Source: Myxococcales bacterium (GTDB lineage: Bacteria > Myxococcota_A > UBA9042). Taken from it: 33,390 bases of DNA. Location of the stretch: the NCBI GenBank assembly GCA_037441385.1, contig JBBISH010000072.1, forward strand, positions 1-33,390, read 5' to 3'. The position numbers and the translations under genes are program-made. Shown piece by piece: positions 1 through 8,258 of the stretch (its first letter is position 1; every line of letters begins with the position of its first letter). The notes beneath the pieces were generated by a model. It searched no databases and was not told the origin of the DNA. It saw nothing but the letters and a program-made list of their open reading frames with translations.

Positions 1-1
1 C

Positions 2-256
2 TGGTGCGCCTCGGGCGGCGGCCGTGGCGGTCAGGGCGGCAACGGCGGCAGCGGCGGCGGCGGCGGCGGCGGCTGCGGCGGCGTCAGCTACGGGCTCTTT
101 GTCAACGGTGGTGACGGCTTGGACAAGGCCGGCATGCTGGCCGTCAACACGGTGCAGATCCTGGGCGCGCCGGGCGCGGGCGGTGCCGGCGGCAAGAGCT
201 TGGGCAAGAGCGGCGGCGACGGCGCCACGGGCGCGGGCGGCAAGGCCAACTTCTAG
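2..256 (+). CDS. 3' end of a Gly-rich (PE-PGRS-like) secreted or surface protein, truncated by the window edge
   Basis: Frame 2 is open from the window start: WCASGGGRGGQGGNGGSGGGGGGGCGGVSYGLFV...GGKANF, stop TAG at 254-256. GGxGGxGG repeats; (GGC)7 run at 53-73. Absent from the ORF track because it has no start codon in the window. Confidence 0.75.
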   Translation, partial: WCASGGGRGGQGGNGGSGGGGGGGCGGVSYGLFVNGGDGLDKAGMLAVNTVQILGAPGAGGAGGKSLGKSGGDGATGAGGKANF

Positions 257-291
257 CGGTCCGTGCACCCCCTTGAGTCATTGCACAACCA

Positions 292-425
292 ATACGCACC
301 CCACCTGATTCGCGCCTGTACGGCTTTTCTGACCCGTTCTGCAACTGGCGAGAATCAGGCGGGGCCCCCGGTTCTGGCCCGAAGAATTGCCCGAGTTTTC
401 GATCCGATTCGGACGGAATTGGTAT
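292..425 (-). repeat. Repeat family A, copy 1 (134-bp MITE-like element)
   Basis: Reverse complement aligns without gaps to 14821-14954 (about 16 mismatches by hand count) and to 30420-30552. Ends ATAC...GTAT; internal hairpin CCTGATTCTCGCC/GGCGCGAATCAGG. Confidence 0.9.
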
Positions 426-492
426 CAAGGAATAGTCAAGCGATTCCTCCTGAATGGTCGCATCAGGATCCCGTTCCTTTGGGGCGCGCACC

Positions 493-536
493 TTGACAGT
501 ACCAAGCTTTCATCGTATATCGACGATATACGGAGG
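493..536 (+). promoter_or_regulatory. ars operon promoter with overlapping candidate ArsR operator and RBS
   Basis: TTGACA at 493-498; TATATC 17 bp downstream at 516-521; perfect palindrome CGTATATCG-A-CGATATACG at 514-532, also readable as ATCGT-N6-ACGAT at 512-527; GGAGG at 532-536 before ATG 543. Confidence 0.7.
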
Positions 537-542
537 TCGAGC

Positions 543-920
543 ATGTTTGTCCCCCCTGCGTCTGAAGCCGCGTGCGATCCGACCTGCGACTGCGGCGACG
601 GCGCGCCCTGCCCGTCCCCCCAGGCGGAGATGACGTTCCCCAGCGACGACGGGGCGTTTGTCGCCGATCTGGCCAAGTACGCCAAAGCCCTGGGTCATCC
701 GGCGCGCGTGGCCATTATCCGGCTGCTGCTGCGGCGCGAGGCCTGCGTATGCGGCGAAATCGTGGATGAATTGCCGCTGGCTCAGTCCACCGTGTCGCAA
801 CACCTCAAGCAACTCAAAGAGGCTGGTCTCATTCGCGGCGAGATCGACGGCCCGCGCATCTGCTACTGCGTGGAGCCAGCGGCAATTGCCCAGCTGCGCG
901 CGCTGGTGGCCGCTTTGTAG
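543..920 (+). CDS. arsR: ArsR/SmtB-family metalloregulator
   Basis: [34 protein letters not shown] helix-turn-helix, GPRICYC. Start placed at ATG 543 after GGAGG; first gene before arsD and arsA. Confidence 0.92.
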   Translation: MFVPPASEAACDPTCDCGDGAPCPSPQAEMTFPSDDGAFVADLAKYAKALGHPARVAIIRLLLRREACVCGEIVDELPLAQSTVSQHLKQLKEAGLIRGEIDGPRICYCVEPAAIAQLRALVAAL

Positions 921-944
921 GCCGCGCAAGACAGAGGAGTCCTT

Positions 945-1319
945 ATGAATACACTTGCGGTTTTTGATCCTGCGATGTGCTGCTCTACCGGTGTGTGCGG
1001 GCCAACCATCGATCCGCAGCTGATGCGGTTTGCGGCCGACCTGGAGTGGCTGGGCGAGCAAGGTGTCGCCGTCGAGCGCTACAACCTGGCGCAGCAGCCC
1101 ATGAATTTTGCCGAGACGCCGGCCGTACGCGAGGCCTTGCAGGCGGCCGGCGAGAAAGCGCTGCCCATGCTGCTGACAGACGGCCGTGTGCTCAGCTCGG
1201 GCATCTACCCCACGCGCGGCCAGTTGGCCAGTTGGTTTGGCCTGACCGTGGCGCCGCGAGTGGGTACGCGCCGGGCCGAAAGCAAGGGTAGCTGCGGCTG
1301 CAAGTCTGGGGAATGCTGA
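945..1319 (+). CDS. arsD: Arsenite metallochaperone ArsD
   Basis: VFDPAMCCSTGVCGP signature, VERYNLAQQP, YPTR, C-terminal Cys cluster; RBS GAGGAG. Confidence 0.95.
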   Translation: MNTLAVFDPAMCCSTGVCGPTIDPQLMRFAADLEWLGEQGVAVERYNLAQQPMNFAETPAVREALQAAGEKALPMLLTDGRVLSSGIYPTRGQLASWFGLTVAPRVGTRRAESKGSCGCKSGEC

Positions 1320-3076
1320 TGGATACCGCCACGGTGTCGCGCAACCAGTTCTTCACTGGCAAGGGCGGCGTGGGCAAAACCTCGGCCGCCTGCGCAACGG
1401 CGGTGGAGCTGGCCGACCGCGGGCTGCGCGTGCTGCTGGTGAGCACCGACCCGGCTTCGAACCTGGACGAAGTGCTGGGAGTGCCGCTGGATTCGCAGGT
1501 GCCTACGCCCGTGCCGGCGGTCGCAGGGCTGTGGGCCCTGAACATCGACCCCGAAGCTGCAGCGGCGGCCTACCGCGAGCGTGTGGTGGGGCCGGTGCGC
1601 GGTCTGTTGCCGGCGGCGACGGTGGCGAACATCGTCGAGCAACTTTCGGGCGCGTGCACCACGGAGATCGCGGCCTTCGATCAGTTCGCGCACCTGCTGG
1701 GCGATCCAACGGCGACCCAGCAGTTTGACCGGATCGTCTTGGACACGGCGCCCACCGGGCACACCCTGCGCCTGTTGGAATTGCCTGCCGCCTGGACCGA
1801 TTTCCTGGACAACAACACCTCGGGCGCCACGTGCCTGGGGCCACTTTCGGGCCTGAAGGTGCAGCGGCAGGTGTTTGCGGCGGCCCTGGCGGCGCTGCGC
1901 GACCAGGCCCAAACCCTGGTGGTGCTGGTGGCGCGGGCCGAGCCCGCCACGCTGCGCGAAGCCAGCAGAACGGCCGAAGAACTGTCGACGCTGGGCATCC
2001 GCAACCTGCAACTGCTGCTCAACGGCGTGTTCCGCGATCCGACCCATGCCGATCCGTTGGCGCGCGCCTGGACCCGGCGGACGGAGCTGGCGCTGGGGAA
2101 TATTCCGCAGAATCTGCAGGGTCTTGCAAGGCACGAGGTGCCGCTGCTGGCGCAAGCGCCGATGGGAATTGCCGGGCTGCGCGCCTTTGCTGCGGCCCGC
2201 AATGGTATGGCAATGGCCGCACCGTTGCCCGGCACGGCCGACGCTGGGCCGTTACCGGGGGCCGATCTGGCTGTTCTGGTCGACGAATTGGCCGCGACCG
2301 GGACGGGCGTGGTCCTGACCATGGGTAAGGGCGGTGTGGGCAAGACCTCGGTGGCGGTGGCTCTGGCGCGAGCGCTGGTGGCGCGCAAGCTCGCGGTGCA
2401 TTTGACCACCACCGATCCTGCGGCGCATGTGCTTGAAACGCTTGGCGACATCCCGGCTGGTCTGCGGGTCAGTCGCATCGATCCGGCCGCCGAGGTGCGC
2501 CGCTATTGCAACGACGTCATGGCCACCAGCGGCGCGCACTTGGATGCCCACGGCCGGGCCCTGCTGGCCGAGGAACTGCGCTCGCCCTGTACCGAGGAGA
2601 TCGCCGTATTTAGGGCCTTTGCCGAGGTGGTGGCCAACGGCGAGCGCGAGGTCGTGCTCATCGACACCGCGCCCACCGGCCACACGCTCCTGCTGCTGGA
2701 CGCGGCCCAGGCCTATCACCGCGACGTGCAGCGCACCGCCGAGGCGCCGACGCCGGCCGTAGAAAACCTGTTGCCGCGGCTGCGCAATTCCCAGTATGCC
2801 CGCGTGCTGCTGGTCACCGTGGCCGAGGCGACACCGGTCCACGAGGCGGCACAGCTCCAAGCCGACTTGCAGCGCGCTGGCATCGACGTATATGGCTGGG
2901 TGGTGAATCAGGTGCTGGGCGGGCTGCCGGCCACGCACCCGTTGCTGCGCGCTCGGCAAGCAGGCGAAGTCAGGTATCTGCGCGAAATCGAAGGCCTGTC
3001 GCAGCGAATGTACCGCGTGCCGTTTGCGCTCGCGGCCCCGGCAGGGCCGAGCCAGGCCAACGTCGAAGCGAGGTAG
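1313..3076 (+). CDS. arsA: Arsenical pump-driving ATPase ArsA (start may be ATG 1319, overlapping the arsD stop)
   Basis: Two GKGGVGKT P-loops, two DTAPTGH motifs, metalloid-binding Cys in SGACTTE, ATCLGP and SPCTEE. Confidence 0.95.
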   Translation: MLMDTATVSRNQFFTGKGGVGKTSAACATAVELADRGLRVLLVSTDPASNLDEVLGVPLDSQVPTPVPAVAGLWALNIDPEAAAAAYRERVVGPVRGLLPAATVANIVEQLSGACTTEIAAFDQFAHLLGDPTATQQFDRIVLDTAPTGHTLRLLELPAAWTDFLDNNTSGATCLGPLSGLKVQRQVFAAALAALRDQAQTLVVLVARAEPATLREASRTAEELSTLGIRNLQLLLNGVFRDPTHADPLARAWTRRTELALGNIPQNLQGLARHEVPLLAQAPMGIAGLRAFAAARNGMAMAAPLPGTADAGPLPGADLAVLVDELAATGTGVVLTMGKGGVGKTSVAVALARALVARKLAVHLTTTDPAAHVLETLGDIPAGLRVSRIDPAAEVRRYCNDVMATSGAHLDAHGRALLAEELRSPCTEEIAVFRAFAEVVANGEREVVLIDTAPTGHTLLLLDAAQAYHRDVQRTAEAPTPAVENLLPRLRNSQYARVLLVTVAEATPVHEAAQLQADLQRAGIDVYGWVVNQVLGGLPATHPLLRARQAGEVRYLREIEGLSQRMYRVPFALAAPAGPSQANVEAR

Positions 3077-3077
3077 G

Positions 3078-3341
3078 ATGATGCAAGTCCAGGTCTACGG
3101 CACCAACTGCGCGCCGTGCAAGGTGATGCTCGAAAACACCCAACAGGCGGTGCGCGAGCTCGGCTGGCCGATCTTCGTCGAAAACGTGAAGCGGATCCAG
3201 GATATGCTCGACATGGGCATCACCGGAACCCCGGCGCTAGCCATCGATGGCGAAGTGGTCGTGATGGGCCGCGCCCTGCCCGTGGCCGAGATCAAAGACC
3301 TGTTGGTCGCCGCCAAAGCGCCCACGCCGGGCGCGCCATGA
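3078..3341 (+). CDS. Small redox-active disulfide protein (MTH895-like thioredoxin fold)
   Basis: VYGTNCAPCK with CxxC near the N-terminus, TPALAIDGEVV; 87 aa; starts 1 nt after the arsA stop. Confidence 0.8.
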   Translation: MMQVQVYGTNCAPCKVMLENTQQAVRELGWPIFVENVKRIQDMLDMGITGTPALAIDGEVVVMGRALPVAEIKDLLVAAKAPTPGAP

Positions 3342-3790
3342 ACCAGCCCAAGCTATGGATGGGCCTCACGATTGTCGCCGTGGTGGTAGGCGGTCCGTTG
3401 TGGCTCAAGGGCCAGACGGCCGCGCCAGTCCAGACAGCGCCCGCCAAAGTGCAGAACGTGGCCGCGCCAGCCGCGGTGGCACCCAAGAAGCTGCCTAAGT
3501 TCGTGGACATCGGTACCACATCATGCGCGCCGTGCAAGGTGATGATGGGCGTGCTGGGCGAGCTCGAGGCCCAGTACACCGATCGCCTGGCGATCGAGTT
3601 CATCAACACCCAGCAGCGGCCCGAAGTGATGCAGCAGCTTGGGTTGCGGGCCATTCCGTCGCAACTGTTCTGTGCGCCCGACGGCAAAGAGCTGTACCGG
3701 CACACGGGCGTGCTGCGCGTCGCGGACGTCGTGGCCAAGTGGCGCGAGCTGGGCTACCCGCTTGACCCAGTCGACGGCGTGCGACCATGA
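3338..3790 (+). CDS. Membrane-anchored or exported thioredoxin-family protein
   Basis: ATGA overlap with the previous gene; N-terminal hydrophobic segment, Ala/Pro linker, FVDIGTTSCAPCK, IPSQLF...DGKELYRHTG. Confidence 0.85.
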   Translation: MNQPKLWMGLTIVAVVVGGPLWLKGQTAAPVQTAPAKVQNVAAPAAVAPKKLPKFVDIGTTSCAPCKVMMGVLGELEAQYTDRLAIEFINTQQRPEVMQQLGLRAIPSQLFCAPDGKELYRHTGVLRVADVVAKWRELGYPLDPVDGVRP

Positions 3791-4500
3791 TGGAATCGTT
3801 GCTGTTTTGGCTGAACGATGCCGTCGCGGGCGCTCCCGTGCTGGCCTTGCTCGCCGCGTTCTTGTGGGGCCTGGCCAGCGTCCTGCTCAGCCCCTGCCAT
3901 CTGGGGATGATCCCCTTGGTCGTGGGCTTTGTCAGCGCCGAACGCGGCAGGAACCAGGGGGCCGGCAGCAAGGGCCGGGGCACCGTGCTCGCCTTCAGCT
4001 TTGCGGGCGGCATGTTGCTCGCCATCTTGGCCGTGGGCGGACTGGTGATGGCCCTGGGGCACGCCGTGTCTGGCCAGCTCCGCTACGGCAACTACGCCAT
4101 CGCCGCGATCTTCTTGTTGGCCGGCCTGAACTTGCTTGGCGTCGTTCCGTTGCCCGAAAAAGGGCTGACCCTCGGCAGGCGCTGGGGGCAAGGCGTTCTG
4201 GCGGCGGTCGCAGTGGGCCTGGTGCTGGGGATCGGCTTGTCGCCGTGCACGTTCGCCTTTCTTGCGCCGGTGCTGGGGGCAACAGCCGCGGCGACAGCAC
4301 ACAACCCGTTGTTTGGCATGAGCTTACTTGTGGCGTTCGCCGTCGGCCACTGCGGGCTGGTCGGCGTGGCCGGCAGCTCCACCGAGCTGGTGCAGCGCTA
4401 CCTGGACTGGTCCGAAGGCTCGCGCGGTCCAGCCATCGCCAAAGCCGTGTGTGCAGTCCTGCTTTTGCTGGCGGCCGCCTACCTCATCTACATCTCGTGA
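3787..4500 (+). CDS. ccdA: CcdA/DsbD-beta-family transmembrane electron transporter
   Basis: About 6 hydrophobic segments with two conserved Pro-Cys motifs (LSPCHL, LSPCTF); ATGA overlap with the thioredoxin gene. Confidence 0.85.
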   Translation: MMESLLFWLNDAVAGAPVLALLAAFLWGLASVLLSPCHLGMIPLVVGFVSAERGRNQGAGSKGRGTVLAFSFAGGMLLAILAVGGLVMALGHAVSGQLRYGNYAIAAIFLLAGLNLLGVVPLPEKGLTLGRRWGQGVLAAVAVGLVLGIGLSPCTFAFLAPVLGATAAATAHNPLFGMSLLVAFAVGHCGLVGVAGSSTELVQRYLDWSEGSRGPAIAKAVCAVLLLLAAAYLIYIS

Positions 4501-4580
4501 TGCCGCGTCGGCCCGCCCGCCCAAGCTGTTGGGGTTGACGGCGCCGCGCGGGCAAGGCAACGTGCCATGCCGCCGCCACC

Positions 4581-5315
4581 ATGGCGGACCACCTCCCAGC
4601 ACAGATCACCATGGCCAGCGAGAGCACTTTTGCAGGCGAGCCACAGCCCTGGCCCGCCGTTGACGTTCTGGAACAGTACATCGCCCCATCGCGTATCGAG
4701 CGGGTGGACGGCGTGCTGCGTTCGCGGCTGGGCTCGGTTACGGCCGTGTTCGAAGACATCTTCGATCCGCACAACGTCGCGGCCTGCGTGCGCACTTGCG
4801 AAGCCTTTGGCCTGCAGGATCTGCACTGGATCTTTAGCAAGCACAGCATGCGCACGTCGTCGAGCGTGGCCAAGTCGGCGGACCAGTGGGTCAACATGCA
4901 CCGCTACACCAGCACGGTCCAGGCGGTGCGCGCGCTGAAGGATCAGGGGTTCTCCATTCTGGTCAGCGACTTGCAGGCGACCGACACGCTAGAGACCCTG
5001 CCCTTGCCCGCCAAGGCCGCGATCGTGGTCGGCAACGCCCACGACGGCATCAGCGAGGAAATGCGCCAGTTGGCGGACGCGCGCTACATCCTGCCCATGT
5101 GGGGCTTTGTGCAGTCGTTCAACCTGTCGGTGGCCCTTGCGCTCACGCTGCAAGGGGTGGTGCCGCGGCGGCGCGCCGAGTTGGCGGCCCATGGGCGCAC
5201 AGGCGACCTGCCGATGGAGCAGATGTGGGCACTGCGCCGCAAGTGGTTGGAATTCGGCATGACTCGCCCTGATCTAGTTCGCCGCGAGCTCGGCGACCAC
5301 GAGGCCGTTCCATGA
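4581..5315 (+). CDS. TrmH/SpoU-family RNA 2'-O-methyltransferase
   Basis: FEDIFDPHNVAACVRTCEAFG, AIVVGNAHDGIS, LPMWGFVQSFNLSVA SPOUT motifs. Confidence 0.85.
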   Translation: MADHLPAQITMASESTFAGEPQPWPAVDVLEQYIAPSRIERVDGVLRSRLGSVTAVFEDIFDPHNVAACVRTCEAFGLQDLHWIFSKHSMRTSSSVAKSADQWVNMHRYTSTVQAVRALKDQGFSILVSDLQATDTLETLPLPAKAAIVVGNAHDGISEEMRQLADARYILPMWGFVQSFNLSVALALTLQGVVPRRRAELAAHGRTGDLPMEQMWALRRKWLEFGMTRPDLVRRELGDHEAVP

Positions 5316-5938
5316 CCCCCATCCGTGTGGCCCCGCACACTTTGTTGGATGCCGTAGCTTTTGTTGCGCGTTTTCCGGCGCCAATTGCTCAGGCAGTCTT
5401 GCCGGCCGCCCCGCACGCGCCAATGCCTGCGGCCGACGACGGCGTGCGCAAGGCAATCCGCGACGTCTTGCGCCAGGGTGGCTTCAAGCCCACCGGCCGG
5501 TCCAAGCCCGCGTCTGAGTTTCTGCTCGGCGCGGAAGCTCAGGGCGCGTTCCCAACCATCAACCCGCCCATCGACATCTGCAACCGCGTGTCGCTGCACA
5601 GTGGCGTGCCCATCAGCGCCATCGACGCCGATCGCACCTCCGGTCCGCTCTCGATTCGGCTGGGCGGCGCGGGCGAAGAGTACGTCTTCAACTCGGCCGG
5701 TCACGCCATTGACCTGGAGGGGCTGCTCTGCCTGTGCGATGCCGAAGGACCGTGCGCCAACGCCGTCAAGGACGCGCAACGCACCAAGACCACCAGCGAG
5801 ACCAAGCGCCTGCTGGTCATCCTCTGGGGTAGTCGAGCCCTGCCCGGTCTGAGCGATCAAACCGCAGCATGGGCGCGGGCTTGGCTGACCGCGGCGGGCG
5901 CGACCACGGAGTCCGTTCCATGCCAGAGCGGCGACTAG
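5312..5938 (+). CDS. Stand-alone B3/B4 (PheRS-beta editing-like) domain protein
   Basis: FKPTGRSKPASEFL, INPPIDICNRVSL, PISAIDAD, LCLCDAEGP; ATGA overlap with the methyltransferase gene. Confidence 0.8.
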   Translation: MTPIRVAPHTLLDAVAFVARFPAPIAQAVLPAAPHAPMPAADDGVRKAIRDVLRQGGFKPTGRSKPASEFLLGAEAQGAFPTINPPIDICNRVSLHSGVPISAIDADRTSGPLSIRLGGAGEEYVFNSAGHAIDLEGLLCLCDAEGPCANAVKDAQRTKTTSETKRLLVILWGSRALPGLSDQTAAWARAWLTAAGATTESVPCQSGD

Positions 5939-6059
5939 GGCGACCAGCACCAGCCATTCGAACGATTTTCTAGGATCTGGCGCAGAGGCGGCGCGGTCCG
6001 CTCCCCCAACGCCCGCAGGTGACACCATTTCTGGAAGCAGCGCACCCCTGGATCAGCCC

Positions 6060-7394
6060 TTGGCCTTGGCGCCCGCGACCACCGCGCGAGCCGAGGCTGC
6101 GTCCCTGGTGCGCCTGGCGGGCCCGCTCATGGTCGCCCAACTGGCGCAGATGGCGATGGGCGTGGTCGGCACGGTAGCGGCCGGGCGGCTGGGAGTCGAC
6201 GCGCTGGCGGCCCAGGCGCTAGGCTCGACCACGCTGGTCCTTGTCATTGTCACGGGTTACGGCCTGATGGCCGGCCTTGACCCGCACGTGGCGCGGGCCG
6301 TGGGCGAAGAAAATCCGCAAAGGGCCGGTGCGCTGTATCGCCAAGCCATCTGGATCGCCGTGTTGGCCGGCACGCTGCTGACCGGTGCGCTGCTGACGGC
6401 GCCTGCGCTGCTTCGCGCCATGGGCCAGGCGCCCAAACTCGTTTCAGATACAGCGGAATATCTAAACATCGCCTCGCTGGGCCTGGTACCGGCGATCACC
6501 TACATAACTTCGCGCTCATTCTGTTCGGCGGTGGGCAAGGCCAGGCCCGTGATGGTCGTGGCGATCCTTGGCAACATTGCCAACGCGCTGCTCGCGTTTG
6601 CCGCCGTGGACCGCGGCTACGGGCTGGCCGGCATCGCCTGGGCGTCGGTGGTGTGCCGGCTGGCGATGGGCGCGGCGTTGGTGGCGTGGGTCGACGTGGC
6701 GCCGGGGCTGCGGCCATTCCGTACGGCCTGGGTCCGCCCCGGGGCGCTGTCGCTGCCGATCCTCCGATCTGGGGCGCCGCTGGCGCTGCAATACCTCATG
6801 GAGGTCACAGGCTTTGTCGTGACGACGCTGTGGATGGGGCTGCTGGGCTCGTCCACCTTGGCCGCCCACGAAGTGGCGCTGTCGATCGCCGCGATTGCCT
6901 TCCAGGTTCCCTTCGCGATCGGCACGGCGGCGTCGATGCGGGTGGGCCATGCCATCGGGCGCCGCGATCCCCGCGCCGTGCAACGGGCGGGATGGACTGC
7001 GTTTGGACTGGGTCTGCTCTACGCCGTGGGTTCGGGGGCCGTGATGGTGGCGCTGCGCGAGTGGATGGCGCGCCAGTACCTGCCCAGCGCCACGGCCGAC
7101 GTGATCGCCCTGGCCTGCCACTTCCTCATCATTGCCGCGGGGTTCCAGATCGCCGACGGCATCCAGGCCATCGGCTTTGGAGTGCTCCGCGGCATGGACG
7201 ACACCCGCGTACCCGTGCTGTTCAACGTCCTGGGATTTTGGCTGCTGGGGATGCCGCTCGGTTACGTAGCCGTGTTCCGCCTGCACCAGCACGCCGATCG
7301 CTTGTGGTGGGGGCTGTTCCTGTCGCTGGCCGTGGTTGCGGTGTCGCTGGTCCTGCGCTTCCGTCACCGAGCGCGGACGCTACGCATTCACTGA
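6060..7394 (+). CDS. MATE-family efflux transporter (NorM-like)
   Basis: About 12 hydrophobic segments; LAAHEVALSI, RVGHAIG, FQIADGIQAIGFGVLRGMDDT MATE motifs. Exact start uncertain. Confidence 0.9.
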   Translation: MALAPATTARAEAASLVRLAGPLMVAQLAQMAMGVVGTVAAGRLGVDALAAQALGSTTLVLVIVTGYGLMAGLDPHVARAVGEENPQRAGALYRQAIWIAVLAGTLLTGALLTAPALLRAMGQAPKLVSDTAEYLNIASLGLVPAITYITSRSFCSAVGKARPVMVVAILGNIANALLAFAAVDRGYGLAGIAWASVVCRLAMGAALVAWVDVAPGLRPFRTAWVRPGALSLPILRSGAPLALQYLMEVTGFVVTTLWMGLLGSSTLAAHEVALSIAAIAFQVPFAIGTAASMRVGHAIGRRDPRAVQRAGWTAFGLGLLYAVGSGAVMVALREWMARQYLPSATADVIALACHFLIIAAGFQIADGIQAIGFGVLRGMDDTRVPVLFNVLGFWLLGMPLGYVAVFRLHQHADRLWWGLFLSLAVVAVSLVLRFRHRARTLRIH

Positions 7395-7412
7395 CCAAAC
7401 CAGCCGGAGCGC

Positions 7413-8237
7413 CTACTTGCTCAGCCCGTCGATCGCGTCGCGGGTGCGGTCGGCCTCCGCCTCTTCCAGACCAAAGCGGTACCCACCCACCAGCGACAAG
7501 TGCAGGACGTTCACGCCGTAGTCCGACTGCTCGCGGCCGACCGCGCCAATTGCGCCCGACCAGTGATCGACTTCAAAGGCAATTCCCAGGGTGGTGGTGT
7601 CGTCGTGCCAGTCGACCAACAGACCGCCACCCGCAGTCAGGCCATTTTCGCCCATGGTCCAGCGCACATCCTTGATGACCTCGGGTAGCGACGTGGGCGA
7701 CATGGCCGGCTGGCTCACCCAGCGGTAGCCAAAGTGCCCGGCCAGGGTCACCGAGAACGGCAGGTAGTCCCACGTAGCCATGACCGGCACGACCGCGCGC
7801 CCCGAATGGATTTGATCGACCAGGCTTTGGCCCACCTGCGCACCCGTGGCAAGGTGCAGACGGCCCGCCGTGCCAAGATCGCGCTCCATGAAGCGCCAGG
7901 TGCCTTCTGCGCCCACCAAAGCACTGCCGATGCCCAGGCGCACGCCCACGTCGACGTTGGGCACGATGCCGCGGCGCGCCACCAATTCCAGCGGATTGAC
8001 ATAGTTCGCGGCCGTAGCCTGTTTCTTGGTCAGGTCCTGAGTGCCGTTGTACCAGTCGACCGCGCCCAACATGGCGTGCGCGCCGTTGACGTGGCCCGCC
8101 ACTTCGTACTCGCCAGGCTGCAGTGTCCGCGCCGAGCGCACGTGCACCGGACTCAGGCATCCGGCAAAGGTCAGCGCCAGGGCCACGCCCAGGATCGGCC
8201 GAAGCGAACTCGAACCACCATGTATCCAATTCATCAA
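7413..8237 (-). CDS. Hypothetical lipoprotein, possibly outer-membrane beta-rich
   Basis: Lipobox LTFAG-C; SARTLQPGE followed by alternating beta-strand-like segments ending in aromatic residues. Confidence 0.65.
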   Translation of the reverse strand: MMNWIHGGSSSLRPILGVALALTFAGCLSPVHVRSARTLQPGEYEVAGHVNGAHAMLGAVDWYNGTQDLTKKQATAANYVNPLELVARRGIVPNVDVGVRLGIGSALVGAEGTWRFMERDLGTAGRLHLATGAQVGQSLVDQIHSGRAVVPVMATWDYLPFSVTLAGHFGYRWVSQPAMSPTSLPEVIKDVRWTMGENGLTAGGGLLVDWHDDTTTLGIAFEVDHWSGAIGAVGREQSDYGVNVLHLSLVGGYRFGLEEAEADRTRDAIDGLSK

Positions 8238-8258
8238 GCGGCCTCCCCAAATCTGCGG

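Noticed and set aside
144..496. ORFs 144..491, 263..496, 14790..15002, 30327..31154 and 30433..30732 sharing peptide similarity
   Set aside because: The similarity comes from reading through repeat A in different frames and strands; no consistent start, RBS or frame.
4552..4567. Sigma54 promoter-like TGGCACG...TTGC on the minus strand
   Set aside because: Spacing is one base too long for GG-N10-GC and it would point antisense into ccdA.
6060..7394. MATE transporter as the missing arsenite exporter
   Set aside because: Separated from the ars genes by two unrelated genes and intergenic gaps; it looks like an ordinary NorM-type protein and nothing in the sequence links it to ArsA.
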